The notes beneath the pieces were generated by a model. It saw nothing but the letters and a program-made list of their open reading frames with translations. It was not told where the DNA came from and ran no database searches. Below are positions 8,771 through 18,728 of a stretch of 64,000 nt of DNA, piece by piece. The DNA comes from a virus. Each line of letters opens with the position of its first letter. Position 1 is the first letter of the stretch. Made by a program: the position numbers and the translations under genes. The stretch lies in IMG/VR virus record IMGVR_UViG_3300043185_000079; one strand, given 5' to 3'.

Positions 8771-10372
8771 ATGGCCGTCCAACCACCATTTCGCAGCGAC
8801 GCCTACGAGGTCGAGAACGCCGACGCTCCAGTCGGTCCCCGCTTGATCGAGGCGTCTCTGCTCGACGGGTCGATCAGGTTCACGGACCCACGGAATCCCA
8901 CGGGGATCAACCTGGCCGAACTCGCCGGCCTCCAGCGCGCGCACAACGTGATCGTCGTGTCACAGACCGGGGTGGCGGCCAGCAAGGACGTCGACGGCGA
9001 TCCCATCACAACGATTCAGGGAGGCCTCGACAATGTCCCAGACTCTGCCGATGTGAACGATCCGTGGCTTGTCCTCGTGATGCCAGGCCTCTACGTCGAG
9101 GACGTGATCTGGGTGAAGGACGGCACCACCCTCCGTGGACTCGGCGGCGCCACTCTCCGAGAATCGGGAGCCTTCAGCACCATTCGCATGCGGACGGGGC
9201 CTACCACCGTTCCACGTCGGGTCAGGATCGAGGGGCTGAGGATTGAGAATGCCACGGCCGCGGAGGCGTGCGTCGACATCGACAGTTCCACGTTCGCCAC
9301 CGGGACGTTCACCATCGCGTCCGTTCCCAACATCGGCGACGTCGCGGAGGTGGACGGCACGAACCTCACCGCCATCGCCAACGGCAGCGTTCCAGCGCCT
9401 GGTGAATTTGAACTTGGCCTGACGGTCGCCGAAACGGCCGCGAACCTGGCCCTGGCCATCAACGATCCAGTCAACGGCCTGAACACGACAGTCATCGCCT
9501 CTGCCACGGGTGCCGTGGTCTTGATCCGCGCGCTTCAGCCTGGCGTGGCCGGCAACGCGATTACGATCTCGTCGACAGTCCCCCTGATCATCGTCGCGTC
9601 TGGCGCGACGCTCACCGGTGGCACCGCTGCGAGCCCGTTGTCGACCGTCGGAGACGACCTGATCGAGATCATCGACTGCGACCTGGTGGCGACCGGGGCC
9701 TCGGGATTCCAGGTTCGCGCGTCCTCCGTCAACAACATCTCGATCCGTGGCGGAGACTGGCGAGAGAGCAGCACGACGTCCTTCGTCGACGTGCGCGAGT
9801 GTGCGTTCCTCAGCCTCGTCGAGCTGCCCCGCATGTTCCGCGCAGAGCTGCACTACGACAACACGAATCCGAACCTTCCGTCCATCGGCACGTCGCAATA
9901 CATCGTCCAGCGAGTCACGAGCGACTTCACCCTCGCCTCGGCACTCGTGGGGGTCGGCAGCCTGACGGTGAACGACTCAAACTTCCTGACCAGCGCTTCG
10001 TGGAGCGGAGACTCAGCGGCTCGCACTTGGCACTCCACGCGATGTCGTTACGGAGCGGTCACGCTCGGCGGCACCGGCACCGTGACGATGAGCAACTGCA
10101 CGCGGGGAGCCCTCGTCGCCGCAGGTACCGGCACCCTGGCGGAGAGCATGTCGCAGGGCAGCGCGATCTTCGCGGCCGTTCCCGTCGTCACCGTGACGTT
10201 CGCTGAGCCGCAGCCCGACACCAGCTATCGCGTTCTTCTCGAGTCGACGGTCCCGCCCGTGGCGTTCACGGACATCCCGTTCGTGACGCTCAAGACACCG
10301 ACGAGTTTCGACATCGTTTTCGGAGCCCCACAGGTCGCCACGATCGAGTTCGTGGTTACCCGCGATATCTAG
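8771..10372 (+). CDS. tail fibre/spike-like virion protein (pectin-lyase-like start, sheath-like insertion)
   Basis: TTIQGGLD..LVLVMPGLYVEDV beta-helix entry motif; T/A/G-rich composition; C-terminal fibre-tip module. Confidence 0.6.
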   Translation: MAVQPPFRSDAYEVENADAPVGPRLIEASLLDGSIRFTDPRNPTGINLAELAGLQRAHNVIVVSQTGVAASKDVDGDPITTIQGGLDNVPDSADVNDPWLVLVMPGLYVEDVIWVKDGTTLRGLGGATLRESGAFSTIRMRTGPTTVPRRVRIEGLRIENATAAEACVDIDSSTFATGTFTIASVPNIGDVAEVDGTNLTAIANGSVPAPGEFELGLTVAETAANLALAINDPVNGLNTTVIASATGAVVLIRALQPGVAGNAITISSTVPLIIVASGATLTGGTAASPLSTVGDDLIEIIDCDLVATGASGFQVRASSVNNISIRGGDWRESSTTSFVDVRECAFLSLVELPRMFRAELHYDNTNPNLPSIGTSQYIVQRVTSDFTLASALVGVGSLTVNDSNFLTSASWSGDSAARTWHSTRCRYGAVTLGGTGTVTMSNCTRGALVAAGTGTLAESMSQGSAIFAAVPVVTVTFAEPQPDTSYRVLLESTVPPVAFTDIPFVTLKTPTSFDIVFGAPQVATIEFVVTRDI

Positions 10373-10380
10373 GACACACC

Positions 10381-10956
10381 ATGGCAGATGACACCGATTT
10401 CTGGAATGACCTGGTCCTCGGCCAGCAGAGCAAGACGGCCTCCTCTCTCGACGCCTATCTCCAGGCTCGCGAGGCGGAGTCCTGGACCAGCGGTATCCGG
10501 CTCCTCACCGACCGCGGTCGAGAGGCTGCGGCTCTGCAGGTCCCGGTCGAGTCGGGAGCCAGGGTCGCATTCGTCACGAACATCGGCAGCGTGCTCACCT
10601 ACCCGGATCCTCCTGCCCCCGACGCTCTCGGTACCGTGGTGCTGGTGAGGACCGCTGAGGGAGATCAGACGGGGATGGGCGATCTCGTGTTCGTCAAGTT
10701 CGACGACGGGAAATTCCTCGCGATTCACCGCGAACATTTGCGCCGATCCGCGTCCAGCGCCAAGCGAGCGGCTTCGTTTGTGCGCCGAGCGGCGAGCCTG
10801 GGGGACCTCAGCGGTTTCCTCAGGTGGGGTTCCGAGGATTCCACCGATCTCGTTCACAAGGCCACGAGAGACCTGTGGTCGTTCTCGCAGACGGATGACG
10901 GCGATTTCGTGATTACTCGGCTCTTCAACGACACAGGTGCGCCGATCAAGGTCTAG
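10381..10956 (+). CDS. hypothetical (putative virion) protein with KTA/KRA/RRA motifs
   Basis: AGGA RBS; QSKTASS, AKRAAS, RRAAS. Confidence 0.6.
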   Translation: MADDTDFWNDLVLGQQSKTASSLDAYLQAREAESWTSGIRLLTDRGREAAALQVPVESGARVAFVTNIGSVLTYPDPPAPDALGTVVLVRTAEGDQTGMGDLVFVKFDDGKFLAIHREHLRRSASSAKRAASFVRRAASLGDLSGFLRWGSEDSTDLVHKATRDLWSFSQTDDGDFVITRLFNDTGAPIKV

Positions 10957-10985
10957 GGCGCGAAACCCGCCCGGCCCCCTTTCGG

Positions 10986-11000
10986 CGGTGTTTTCGCTAT
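10986..11000 (+). promoter_or_regulatory. CGGT-N8-TAT motif
   Basis: CGGTGTTTTCGCTAT, 24 nt before GTG 11024. Confidence 0.55.
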
Positions 11001-11023
11001 AGGAGGCGGCTGACAAGAACCCC

Positions 11024-11887
11024 GTGTCCTCGCCTGATCCAAAGCGCGTTGCCGAAGCCCATCTTCTCAAGAGGGTCGCGGGCGAGGTCATCTTCAAGAA
11101 AGACCGCGGCGGTGATGTCTCGCAGTGGGCGTACGCCGACCACCATCCGTCAAAACGAGACATTCCTGGCGACTTCAACTACTCGCCATCGCACCAGAAG
11201 CCTCTCGCGAAGGTTCTGCGGTCAACCCTGGCCGCTCTCGGTCATGTGCTCTCCGCCCACAACTCTTTCGCTAAGGTCAAGTCAGCCAGGGTCTCCCCCG
11301 ACGGAAGTCTCGGGGGGCGCGGCTACATCATGAAGATCCACGACATGCGCAAGCAGTACATGAACTGCGTCGAGGCGCTGTCGGCTCTCAGCGACACACT
11401 CTACGACGAGGTCAACGCGCCACACTGGTCTCTCCTGTCGCGTCAAGAGGACACGGTCGACAAGGACACGGTGTCCGCGCTCATTCAGGACTCGGAGAAG
11501 ATCAGGGAGGACCCGCAGGAGTGGGCGGAAGACCAGATCGAGGACGAGTTTGAAGATGACGAGGATGAGAGCAACGAAGAGTTCGACCTTGAGGATGCGG
11601 CGGGACAGGAACTGGATATCGTTGATGACAGCGAGGATGGGTGGACTGTAGACGAGGACGTGGACGAAGAGAACCCGCTGCTTCTCGGTGTGATGGGGAA
11701 GACGGCGAGCGCCCGAGACGTCCGACTCGCACTCCTGCCCCAACGCGTTGCGTTGGACTGGATCGTGGCCCACGAGAACCAGATCCCTGGAGGGGTTTCC
11801 GACAAGAGGCTTCCGACTGACTTCGACCACTTGGTCGAGGACAATCACTACGACAAGCTCGAGACGATCGAGGGAGAGCACACCTGA
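11024..11887 (+). CDS. putative internal head protein with RVA motifs
   Basis: PKRVAEAHLLKRVA at N-terminus; acidic tract; GKTAS and PQRVALDW near C-terminus. Confidence 0.6.
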   Translation: MSSPDPKRVAEAHLLKRVAGEVIFKKDRGGDVSQWAYADHHPSKRDIPGDFNYSPSHQKPLAKVLRSTLAALGHVLSAHNSFAKVKSARVSPDGSLGGRGYIMKIHDMRKQYMNCVEALSALSDTLYDEVNAPHWSLLSRQEDTVDKDTVSALIQDSEKIREDPQEWAEDQIEDEFEDDEDESNEEFDLEDAAGQELDIVDDSEDGWTVDEDVDEENPLLLGVMGKTASARDVRLALLPQRVALDWIVAHENQIPGGVSDKRLPTDFDHLVEDNHYDKLETIEGEHT

Positions 11888-14142
11888 TGCCACGCAAGAA
11901 GGCTGATTCGACTCTCCCCCAAGAGCTGAACGAGAACTGGGGATCCAACTTCATGATGGACGGGTTCTGGCACGACATGGACTACGGGCACGGTCTCCGT
12001 GATTCCATCGGGAAGGACCCAGTGCCACAGCCCTCCACGTCAGGCTTCGCGCACCTCCCCGATGGGGTTATCGTGAGCAACGAGGGACTTGCCGAGTTGG
12101 AGGTTCCGGAGGGTGTCGTGCGCGAAGAAGATGGCGGCATGGATCTCGAGGGGCTCGAGATCGTAGCCAATGTCAATCCAGACCTTGATCGGAGCAACAC
12201 GGGGGTGGTTGATCACTCGTGGTTGGCCGATGCATTTCAAGATCCCGAACGTCTGCCGAATGCCCCGTCCTACAATTCGGTCCTCAACCTCCAGGAAGCA
12301 TGGGGAGATCGAACAGACGGGATCCATCGCGTCGAACTCTATGACCGTGAGGTCACGGACTACGAAGCCGTGACGCAGCGGAAGAAGGACGATGATCCGT
12401 TCCAGGCGGACAAGATTTCGCACATCGTCCGTTCGGCCATGCGGCGCTCGGCAATGGGCCATCCCATCGCTGTCATCCTCGACGATGCCCGAGCACAGGC
12501 CGCGGGTGCGCGCTCCCGGATCGCGCGTTCCCTCCGCGCCGTCGAGCTGGAGCACGGCCTCGTCGGCAACGTCTATGTGCGTGCCTCGGCATACCCGGGT
12601 CTCCATCGCGGACGATGGTCACGAGATCTCGCCAAGGCCGCGAAGAGGGCGCGTTACCTCATCGCGCAGTCCGGTCTCGACTGCACATCGTGCGCCGAGG
12701 CTCTGGGTCTGCGCCTCATCACCGATCCCGCGCAGATCGACTGGAACGCTGCGTACGCGCACTACGCCCCTGGGCTGTCGGCCTCTGGGCGGCTCGACCG
12801 AAACGCCACGATCGATGACAAACGCGAAACCCTGCGTCGCGCTTTTCTTGTCGCCGAAAAGTCGCCGACGATGTACATCGAGCCGGGGAGGGTCCGTCAC
12901 TCGACCCCGAGCGACCGCGTAACCCTGGAAGCTGCTCGTCAAGCTCTGACCGGGCCGGCAGTTCCACGCGCTATCGTGTCGGGCACCTCGAAAGCTCGTC
13001 GAGCGGAGTCGTTGCGCTTGGTTCGGAAACTGGGTGCACTCGTGAAAGGGCGGCTCATCACCCTCGGCGAGGCCGAGGAGCTGGCCCGTTCCCGCGCGCC
13101 CGCCATGGCCAGGATCAGGATGGCGGAGACCCTGGCGGCCCGGACCGCCCGCAGCCAGTACAGTGGGGGCGTCGTGCGGGACTCAAGGGTGGCGATCTCG
13201 GGCGCGGACTTCGCCGCTGACACGGGGAAAGCGCTGAAGCACGAGACACGGGCGAAGGTGGCCTCCGTGTCGGAGGACCGCGAGCGAACCAAGATGCTGG
13301 CGAGGTTTTCGGAGATCGCGGAGGTCTACAGGGGTGCCGAGACCAAGGTGCGCAAGATCGCGGCCGCAGTCAAGGCAGGACGGCGCGGAGCAGACATCAC
13401 GCGCCTCGCCGGGAACCTTCTGAACGAGAACGAGCGTCGGCTCGTTGCCTCGATCCTGGATCCGATTCTCGTCGAGGCTGGGTGCTTCGCCCGAGAGTCC
13501 GCGCAGACCTACCAGGGGCCGACGATTCGTCAAGCAGTCGCGGGCTCGCCGGTGACCGTCGTTTCTCCGGTCGAGGCGCGCGCGGCAGTCCGCTGGGCTG
13601 CCCGCCAGTTGAATGAAGGCGCCGTCGGGAATGATCTCGATCAGCTCCTCGCGCATCGGTTTTCGCCGCCCGTGCTCAAGGCTGCGAGCGCAACCTTGGT
13701 CCAGATCCGCCAGAAGCACGAGGGGCTAGCAGGCCACCTCTACGTCGATGCGAGTGTCTATGCCAGCCCCGCCGGAACGGAGGGGTGTGATGCTGGAGCG
13801 CTCCGTCATCGCACTAACGGTATCCGATACCTGCTGGCGATGGATCGGTGCAAGACATGCGTCTTCAAGAACGCTGACGAGACGTGCCAGAAGTATCGCA
13901 AGCAGATCGTGGCCTCCGTGCCGGTCGAGGATGCGGAAGCGTATCGCCGCAACGTGCTGACCTCCCACGCACGCTCGGATGCCGAAGAAACGGCGGCCCT
14001 GTTCACCGATAGCAGCACGGCCATGTCGAATGTCGTGGCGGAGTTCGGCCTCCACAATGCGTCGCTCGACGAGGTGGAGATTTCGGATACGACGGCTCCT
14101 CCGGCGCTGTCCGATATCCACTTCGGAGGGATCGAACTGTGA
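11887..14142 (+). CDS. large hypothetical (putative virion) protein
   Basis: 751 aa, TGATG coupling; internally duplicated HGLxGxxYVxAS segment (EHGLVGNVYVRASAY / KHEGLAGHLYVDASVY). Confidence 0.65.
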   Translation: MPRKKADSTLPQELNENWGSNFMMDGFWHDMDYGHGLRDSIGKDPVPQPSTSGFAHLPDGVIVSNEGLAELEVPEGVVREEDGGMDLEGLEIVANVNPDLDRSNTGVVDHSWLADAFQDPERLPNAPSYNSVLNLQEAWGDRTDGIHRVELYDREVTDYEAVTQRKKDDDPFQADKISHIVRSAMRRSAMGHPIAVILDDARAQAAGARSRIARSLRAVELEHGLVGNVYVRASAYPGLHRGRWSRDLAKAAKRARYLIAQSGLDCTSCAEALGLRLITDPAQIDWNAAYAHYAPGLSASGRLDRNATIDDKRETLRRAFLVAEKSPTMYIEPGRVRHSTPSDRVTLEAARQALTGPAVPRAIVSGTSKARRAESLRLVRKLGALVKGRLITLGEAEELARSRAPAMARIRMAETLAARTARSQYSGGVVRDSRVAISGADFAADTGKALKHETRAKVASVSEDRERTKMLARFSEIAEVYRGAETKVRKIAAAVKAGRRGADITRLAGNLLNENERRLVASILDPILVEAGCFARESAQTYQGPTIRQAVAGSPVTVVSPVEARAAVRWAARQLNEGAVGNDLDQLLAHRFSPPVLKAASATLVQIRQKHEGLAGHLYVDASVYASPAGTEGCDAGALRHRTNGIRYLLAMDRCKTCVFKNADETCQKYRKQIVASVPVEDAEAYRRNVLTSHARSDAEETAALFTDSSTAMSNVVAEFGLHNASLDEVEISDTTAPPALSDIHFGGIEL

Positions 14143-14693
14143 ACTTGGACACGTGGACCATGAACAAGCCTCCGGCGGTCGTGGAAACTCTCCAATGGCT
14201 ACTGGCGCTCTTGCGGGCGCAGTACTGGATGTACCAGAACCTCCACTGGGAAGTTCAGGGAGACGCGGCCTACGGCAACCATCTCCTGTTCCAGAGGATC
14301 TACGAGGGCGACGACGCCGAGGGAGAGGACGACGACGGTGTCCAAGGGGAGGTCGACGCACTCGCCGAGAAGATGGTCGGGACCTACGGGAACGCGGCCG
14401 TATCCTCCGCGGCCTTGATTGACAAGGTCAACAGGTGGTTGCACACGTGGGATCAGGTCGACTGCCTGTTTCGGCGCGCTCTCTACTCCGAGCGATGCGC
14501 TCGTATCTGCATCCGTCGCACGTACGAGCGTCTCAAGGACCTCGGTGCCATCTCCCTGGGGATGGACGACTTCCTTATGGGACTCGACAGCGGGCACGAG
14601 ACGAACGAGTACCTCCTTCGACAGGTTCTCCGAGCGAAGGAGTCCGCTGAGCGAACCGCCGCAGATTGGGCCGCGTTGAGGAAAGGAACGTAG
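14139..14693 (+). CDS. dps: Dps/ferritin-like protein
   Basis: NLHWEVQG..YGNHLLFQRIYE..EVDALAEK ferroxidase pattern. Confidence 0.75.
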   Translation: MNLDTWTMNKPPAVVETLQWLLALLRAQYWMYQNLHWEVQGDAAYGNHLLFQRIYEGDDAEGEDDDGVQGEVDALAEKMVGTYGNAAVSSAALIDKVNRWLHTWDQVDCLFRRALYSERCARICIRRTYERLKDLGAISLGMDDFLMGLDSGHETNEYLLRQVLRAKESAERTAADWAALRKGT

Positions 14694-14696
14694 TTC

Positions 14697-15320
14697 ATGC
14701 CGACCGCCGCACAGCCATCGTTCCAGCTCCTCGTCGCCAACTTCTCAAGGCCGTACCCGAGCCTGATCACGGGCGCAGATCCGATCACGGCTGGCCCCAC
14801 GAAGACGCGGGGAGGATTCGTGTTCGCCCACGTCAGCCAGCTGGGGTTCTCGCCGGACCTCACGCAGCAGGGAGAGGCGAGTTCGGTCGTCGTGTCGACC
14901 ACGAACGTTGGATGGGACCCGTTCAAGAACAATCCTCCTGATCTCCCAGAGGCCGACATCACGGTAGCGAGTGATGTGTTCGCCGGAACGTCGGCCTCCA
15001 TCTTCCTCGGACCGTTTGAGCTGGTCAGCAACCGCGATTTCACCACGGGGGGAGGTGTCGCGGCCACTGCGACCAACATCGCTAACGCGGTGAACAACCT
15101 CCCTGGATACACCGCCTCCGTGGCTGGTCCGACGGTCACCGTGGAAGGTCCAGCAGGCCAGGGGCCGGAAAGCATCCAGTTCAGGGCCGTCTACCGTGGC
15201 GGCACGGAGAACTTCACGTTCGTATGGCCGCGCAAGGAAGGCTTCCTCGGGTATCCGACCGTCGCTCCGATGGAGATCGAGTTCCTGCCTACCACACCCA
15301 ACCACTATCCGCCTCCGTAG
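14697..15320 (+). CDS. structural hypothetical protein with sheath-like module
   Basis: ATATNIANAVN..YTASVAGPTVTV shared with 8771 and 60336. Confidence 0.55.
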   Translation: MPTAAQPSFQLLVANFSRPYPSLITGADPITAGPTKTRGGFVFAHVSQLGFSPDLTQQGEASSVVVSTTNVGWDPFKNNPPDLPEADITVASDVFAGTSASIFLGPFELVSNRDFTTGGGVAATATNIANAVNNLPGYTASVAGPTVTVEGPAGQGPESIQFRAVYRGGTENFTFVWPRKEGFLGYPTVAPMEIEFLPTTPNHYPPP

Positions 15321-15323
15321 CCC

Positions 15324-16022
15324 ATGGACGCAGCGAAGAACCCATTGAGTCGTGACCAGCTCCTGGCGTTGATCCCTGACGACGCGCAGAGGGTGAAGGT
15401 CGTTGACGAGAAGGGGCAGGAGCGCTGGCGCGACGTAGCTGCGGACGGCCTCGACGCGATCTTGGACAGCGACGAGATTGTCCTTCTCTCTGGTGAGCCG
15501 GTCGTCATGCGCATGCGACCCGGACGCCGTAAGAAGCCTCCGAGGGCCGCACCTCCTCCCGCGGTGAACCAAACAGTCGCACAGCTCCAGGCGTCCAAGT
15601 CACAACATTTTGAAGACGATGCGCTGATCAACAAGATCGATCACGGGATCGACTCCGAGGACGTTCTGTACCTCGTCATGCGGGGATTCGCTGAGGAGGC
15701 AGCGTCGCTGGAGTTCGAGCGTGGGGAAGCCGAGCGCACGGGCAGAGAGACGAGCCAGTTGTCGATCCGGCGCATCAACGCTCTCAAGGCCCTGGCAGAG
15801 ACGTGGATTAAGCGCAAGGAGCAGCTCGCCGGCAAGTCCATCGACATGGAGTCGCCCGCGTTCACCAAACTTTTCGACTTTATCATCGCCACGTTTCGCG
15901 AGGCGATGATGGCAGGGGGAGTTCCGGTGGACCAAGCGGAGATCGTGTTCACGCGCTTGGCCGATCGTCTCAAGGATGAGACGTGGGAGCAGGAGGCGCA
16001 GAACAGGATGAAGGGAGCGTGA
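15324..16022 (+). CDS. hypothetical protein, possible terminase small subunit
   Basis: Helical protein directly upstream of TerL; function inferred from position only. Confidence 0.4.
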   Translation: MDAAKNPLSRDQLLALIPDDAQRVKVVDEKGQERWRDVAADGLDAILDSDEIVLLSGEPVVMRMRPGRRKKPPRAAPPPAVNQTVAQLQASKSQHFEDDALINKIDHGIDSEDVLYLVMRGFAEEAASLEFERGEAERTGRETSQLSIRRINALKALAETWIKRKEQLAGKSIDMESPAFTKLFDFIIATFREAMMAGGVPVDQAEIVFTRLADRLKDETWEQEAQNRMKGA

Positions 16023-16023
16023 C

Positions 16024-17916
16024 GTGGCCAAGGCGGCTGCCAACTTGGCCAGGATGGCCCTCAACGCGGGCCGCCTCCCTGAAGACGCCGGTCGACGCGA
16101 TGTTGTAGACAGCATCACCTTCGTCGAGTCCGAGTGGGGCCTGGGGATGCGGCTCTACCCGGTCCAGAGGGTCATCCTCAAGGCCCATTACGGGATTCCC
16201 CTGGACGATGACCCGGCGAACGCGTTCACGATCACGGACTGGCGCCGACAGAATCCCAAGGACTTCACCGAGGCCGGGTATCTCCGCTATCTGTACGAAC
16301 AGGGCCGGTCCAACATCCGTGAGGTCGTGCCGGGTGTCGAGAGACGTCAGCTCGTGCTTTCCATCGGCCGGCGATCTGGAAAAACCCTGATCGCGTCCTG
16401 CATTTCGGCCTACGAGACGTACAAGCTGATCAACCTTGGCAATCCACAGCGATATTTCGGTCTGAGCCCGTCATCGAACATTCAGCTCATCTCGATCGCC
16501 ACCGGCAAGGACCAGGCGGGACTGCTCTACTCCGAGGTGTCCGGACACTTCTCCAAGTGCAACTTCTTCCGGCGTTACACGGCGAACCATACGATGAGCT
16601 ATGCGCGCTTTCAGACCCCGCGCGACATCGAGGAGTTCGGGTCGTACGATGAGAATCCCAAGGCTCGGGCCAGTCTCAAGGTCACGTTCCACGCCTGCAA
16701 CGCCAAGGGGCTCCGCGGCGCCGGCAACATCGTCGTCATCCTCGACGAGGTTGCACACTTCGTCGAGCAGGGCGGATCCTCGGCCGAAGAGGTCTATCAG
16801 GCGGTGCACGCGTCGACCGGCACGTTCACGCCGAAGGACGACCTCGGTGAGCCGATCGACGGCGCGATGACAGAGTCCGAGGGACGGATGATTCTCATCT
16901 CGTCTCCACTGGGTAAGCAGGGACTGTTCTACAAGAAATTCCAGCAGGGGATGAGTGGCGGAGAATCGGCCGGGCACATGCTGTGCATCCAGGCTCCGAC
17001 ATGGGAAGTCAACCCGACAGTCTCCGCGAGCGTGTTCAAGGACGCCTACGCCGAGGACCCGAGGATCTTCTTCACGGAGTGGGGCGGGGAGTTCACGGAC
17101 CGTACTCTCGGATGGCTGGAGAACCCTGAGGATCTCCTCGCGTGCATTGACAAGGAACTACGCCCACGGACGCGCGGGCAACCACGACGCCAGTACTTCG
17201 TAGGCTTCGACCTCGGGCTCGTCAACGACGCGAGCGCGATCGCAATCACCCACATCGACGAGAACAACAGGATTGTTCTCGACTTCATCGGTCAGATGAT
17301 GGCGGGTGAAGGAGAGTACGCGGACAAGGAGCGACTGGAGTTCGATGATGTGGCGGCGTGGATCTACGGCCTATCGCGTCGGTTCCACTTCCACTCGGGA
17401 CTCTTTGACCAGTGGGGAGCGATCCCACTGGAACAGGCGCTCGCCAAGAAAGGCTTGACGCAGATCGAGGGAAAGTTGTTCTCGCCGCAGGAGAAGTCGC
17501 AGATTTGGCAGAACTTCAAGTCCATGATCTGGGACAAACGTCTCGTCCTCTTCGACATCACACCGGAAGAGAGGCAGAAGTATCTGTCCCGGGAGGAGAT
17601 TCCGCCGGACCACCTCGCGTACATCCAGCAGATGCTCGAGCTGCAGGCGACGTACAAGAGTCGGTACGTCGTCGAGGTCGAAGCGCCGCAGACGGATGGC
17701 AAGCACGACGACTTGGCGGACGCGCTCTCCAGGTCGGTATGGCTCGCGAGTCAGCAGATTGGGAAGCTCAAACACATCGCTCGCAGCGGCCTCAACACTC
17801 CAGCACACGTCGTGCGACCCCAGGTTTCGGCCGCGATTCGCCGGGCCAATCGCAGGCAGTCCCTCCTTGGAGGGTCCGATCCCAAGCGGCAGATCCAGAA
17901 ACGGAGGCGATGGTAG
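16024..17916 (+). CDS. terL: terminase large subunit
   Basis: Walker A GRRSGKT, Walker B VVILDE, ISSP coupling motif, nuclease GFDLG..ND and KHDDLADA. Confidence 0.92.
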   Translation: MAKAAANLARMALNAGRLPEDAGRRDVVDSITFVESEWGLGMRLYPVQRVILKAHYGIPLDDDPANAFTITDWRRQNPKDFTEAGYLRYLYEQGRSNIREVVPGVERRQLVLSIGRRSGKTLIASCISAYETYKLINLGNPQRYFGLSPSSNIQLISIATGKDQAGLLYSEVSGHFSKCNFFRRYTANHTMSYARFQTPRDIEEFGSYDENPKARASLKVTFHACNAKGLRGAGNIVVILDEVAHFVEQGGSSAEEVYQAVHASTGTFTPKDDLGEPIDGAMTESEGRMILISSPLGKQGLFYKKFQQGMSGGESAGHMLCIQAPTWEVNPTVSASVFKDAYAEDPRIFFTEWGGEFTDRTLGWLENPEDLLACIDKELRPRTRGQPRRQYFVGFDLGLVNDASAIAITHIDENNRIVLDFIGQMMAGEGEYADKERLEFDDVAAWIYGLSRRFHFHSGLFDQWGAIPLEQALAKKGLTQIEGKLFSPQEKSQIWQNFKSMIWDKRLVLFDITPEERQKYLSREEIPPDHLAYIQQMLELQATYKSRYVVEVEAPQTDGKHDDLADALSRSVWLASQQIGKLKHIARSGLNTPAHVVRPQVSAAIRRANRRQSLLGGSDPKRQIQKRRRW

Positions 17917-18177
17917 ATGGTGAAGGGTATCTCGCCCGACGATCCTTGTCGGGCCGACCATCGGATCATCCGGTTCTTGCTCGACACGTTCTTCAAGAAG
18001 AAGAACGCACTGCACGACCCGAAGGAATTCGACAAGGTATCGCGAGTATTCGCCAAAGCAGGTGGATCCTGGGAGCGACTGTTCAAGGGGGCGGCCGAGG
18101 ACCTGAATCTCCTTAAGCGCGTCATCAAAATCGCCCTCAAGACGGGCCACATCTCCAAGGCACCGCGTCTCCGGTAG
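17917..18177 (+). CDS. hypothetical protein
   Basis: Starts immediately after the TerL stop. Confidence 0.55.
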   Translation: MVKGISPDDPCRADHRIIRFLLDTFFKKKNALHDPKEFDKVSRVFAKAGGSWERLFKGAAEDLNLLKRVIKIALKTGHISKAPRLR

Positions 18178-18192
18178 GATGAGGACGAGTAG

Positions 18193-18687
18193 ATGCACGA
18201 GGACGACGACATCCAGCCCGAGAATCTCAAGGCTCCCGAGAAAGAGCCCGATGCGAGTCCTGAACTCGCGAAGATCGAGCGGCAGTCGATCCATGAGGCC
18301 ATCGCATCCCTCAATGATGCCCAGCTTCAAGAGCGGATCGACGCGGAACGGGCGGCCCGCCGTCGAGAGCACGAAGAGAAGACTCGGGTCTTCAAGGTAC
18401 GCAGGACGGAAGAGGCCAGGCGTGCCCGTACACAACGAGTCCGGGCCCTCGTCAGTGCCGAGGAGAAGGTGCAGGCGCACGTTGCCGCCGCCTCGCGGTC
18501 CATCCGGGCCGCTATCCGCGAACTCACGGATCTCCCCCTACCGCGCCACTCGCGGGAGGCGAGGGAACAGAGGCGAGCCATCACCACGCTGGGAACAGCA
18601 CTGGGATCTCTCCGGGCAGCCGGTCGCCGCATGTCCGTGTCCGAAGACGCCGACATTGATCCCGATCTCGATCTTGATGTCGGGTGA
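18193..18687 (+). CDS. coiled-coil hypothetical protein
   Basis: GAGGA RBS; charged helical ORF. Confidence 0.5.
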   Translation: MHEDDDIQPENLKAPEKEPDASPELAKIERQSIHEAIASLNDAQLQERIDAERAARRREHEEKTRVFKVRRTEEARRARTQRVRALVSAEEKVQAHVAAASRSIRAAIRELTDLPLPRHSREAREQRRAITTLGTALGSLRAAGRRMSVSEDADIDPDLDLDVG

Positions 18688-18728
18688 ACCTACGATGAAG
18701 ACCATGATCCCACAGACGCGAGGACGCT

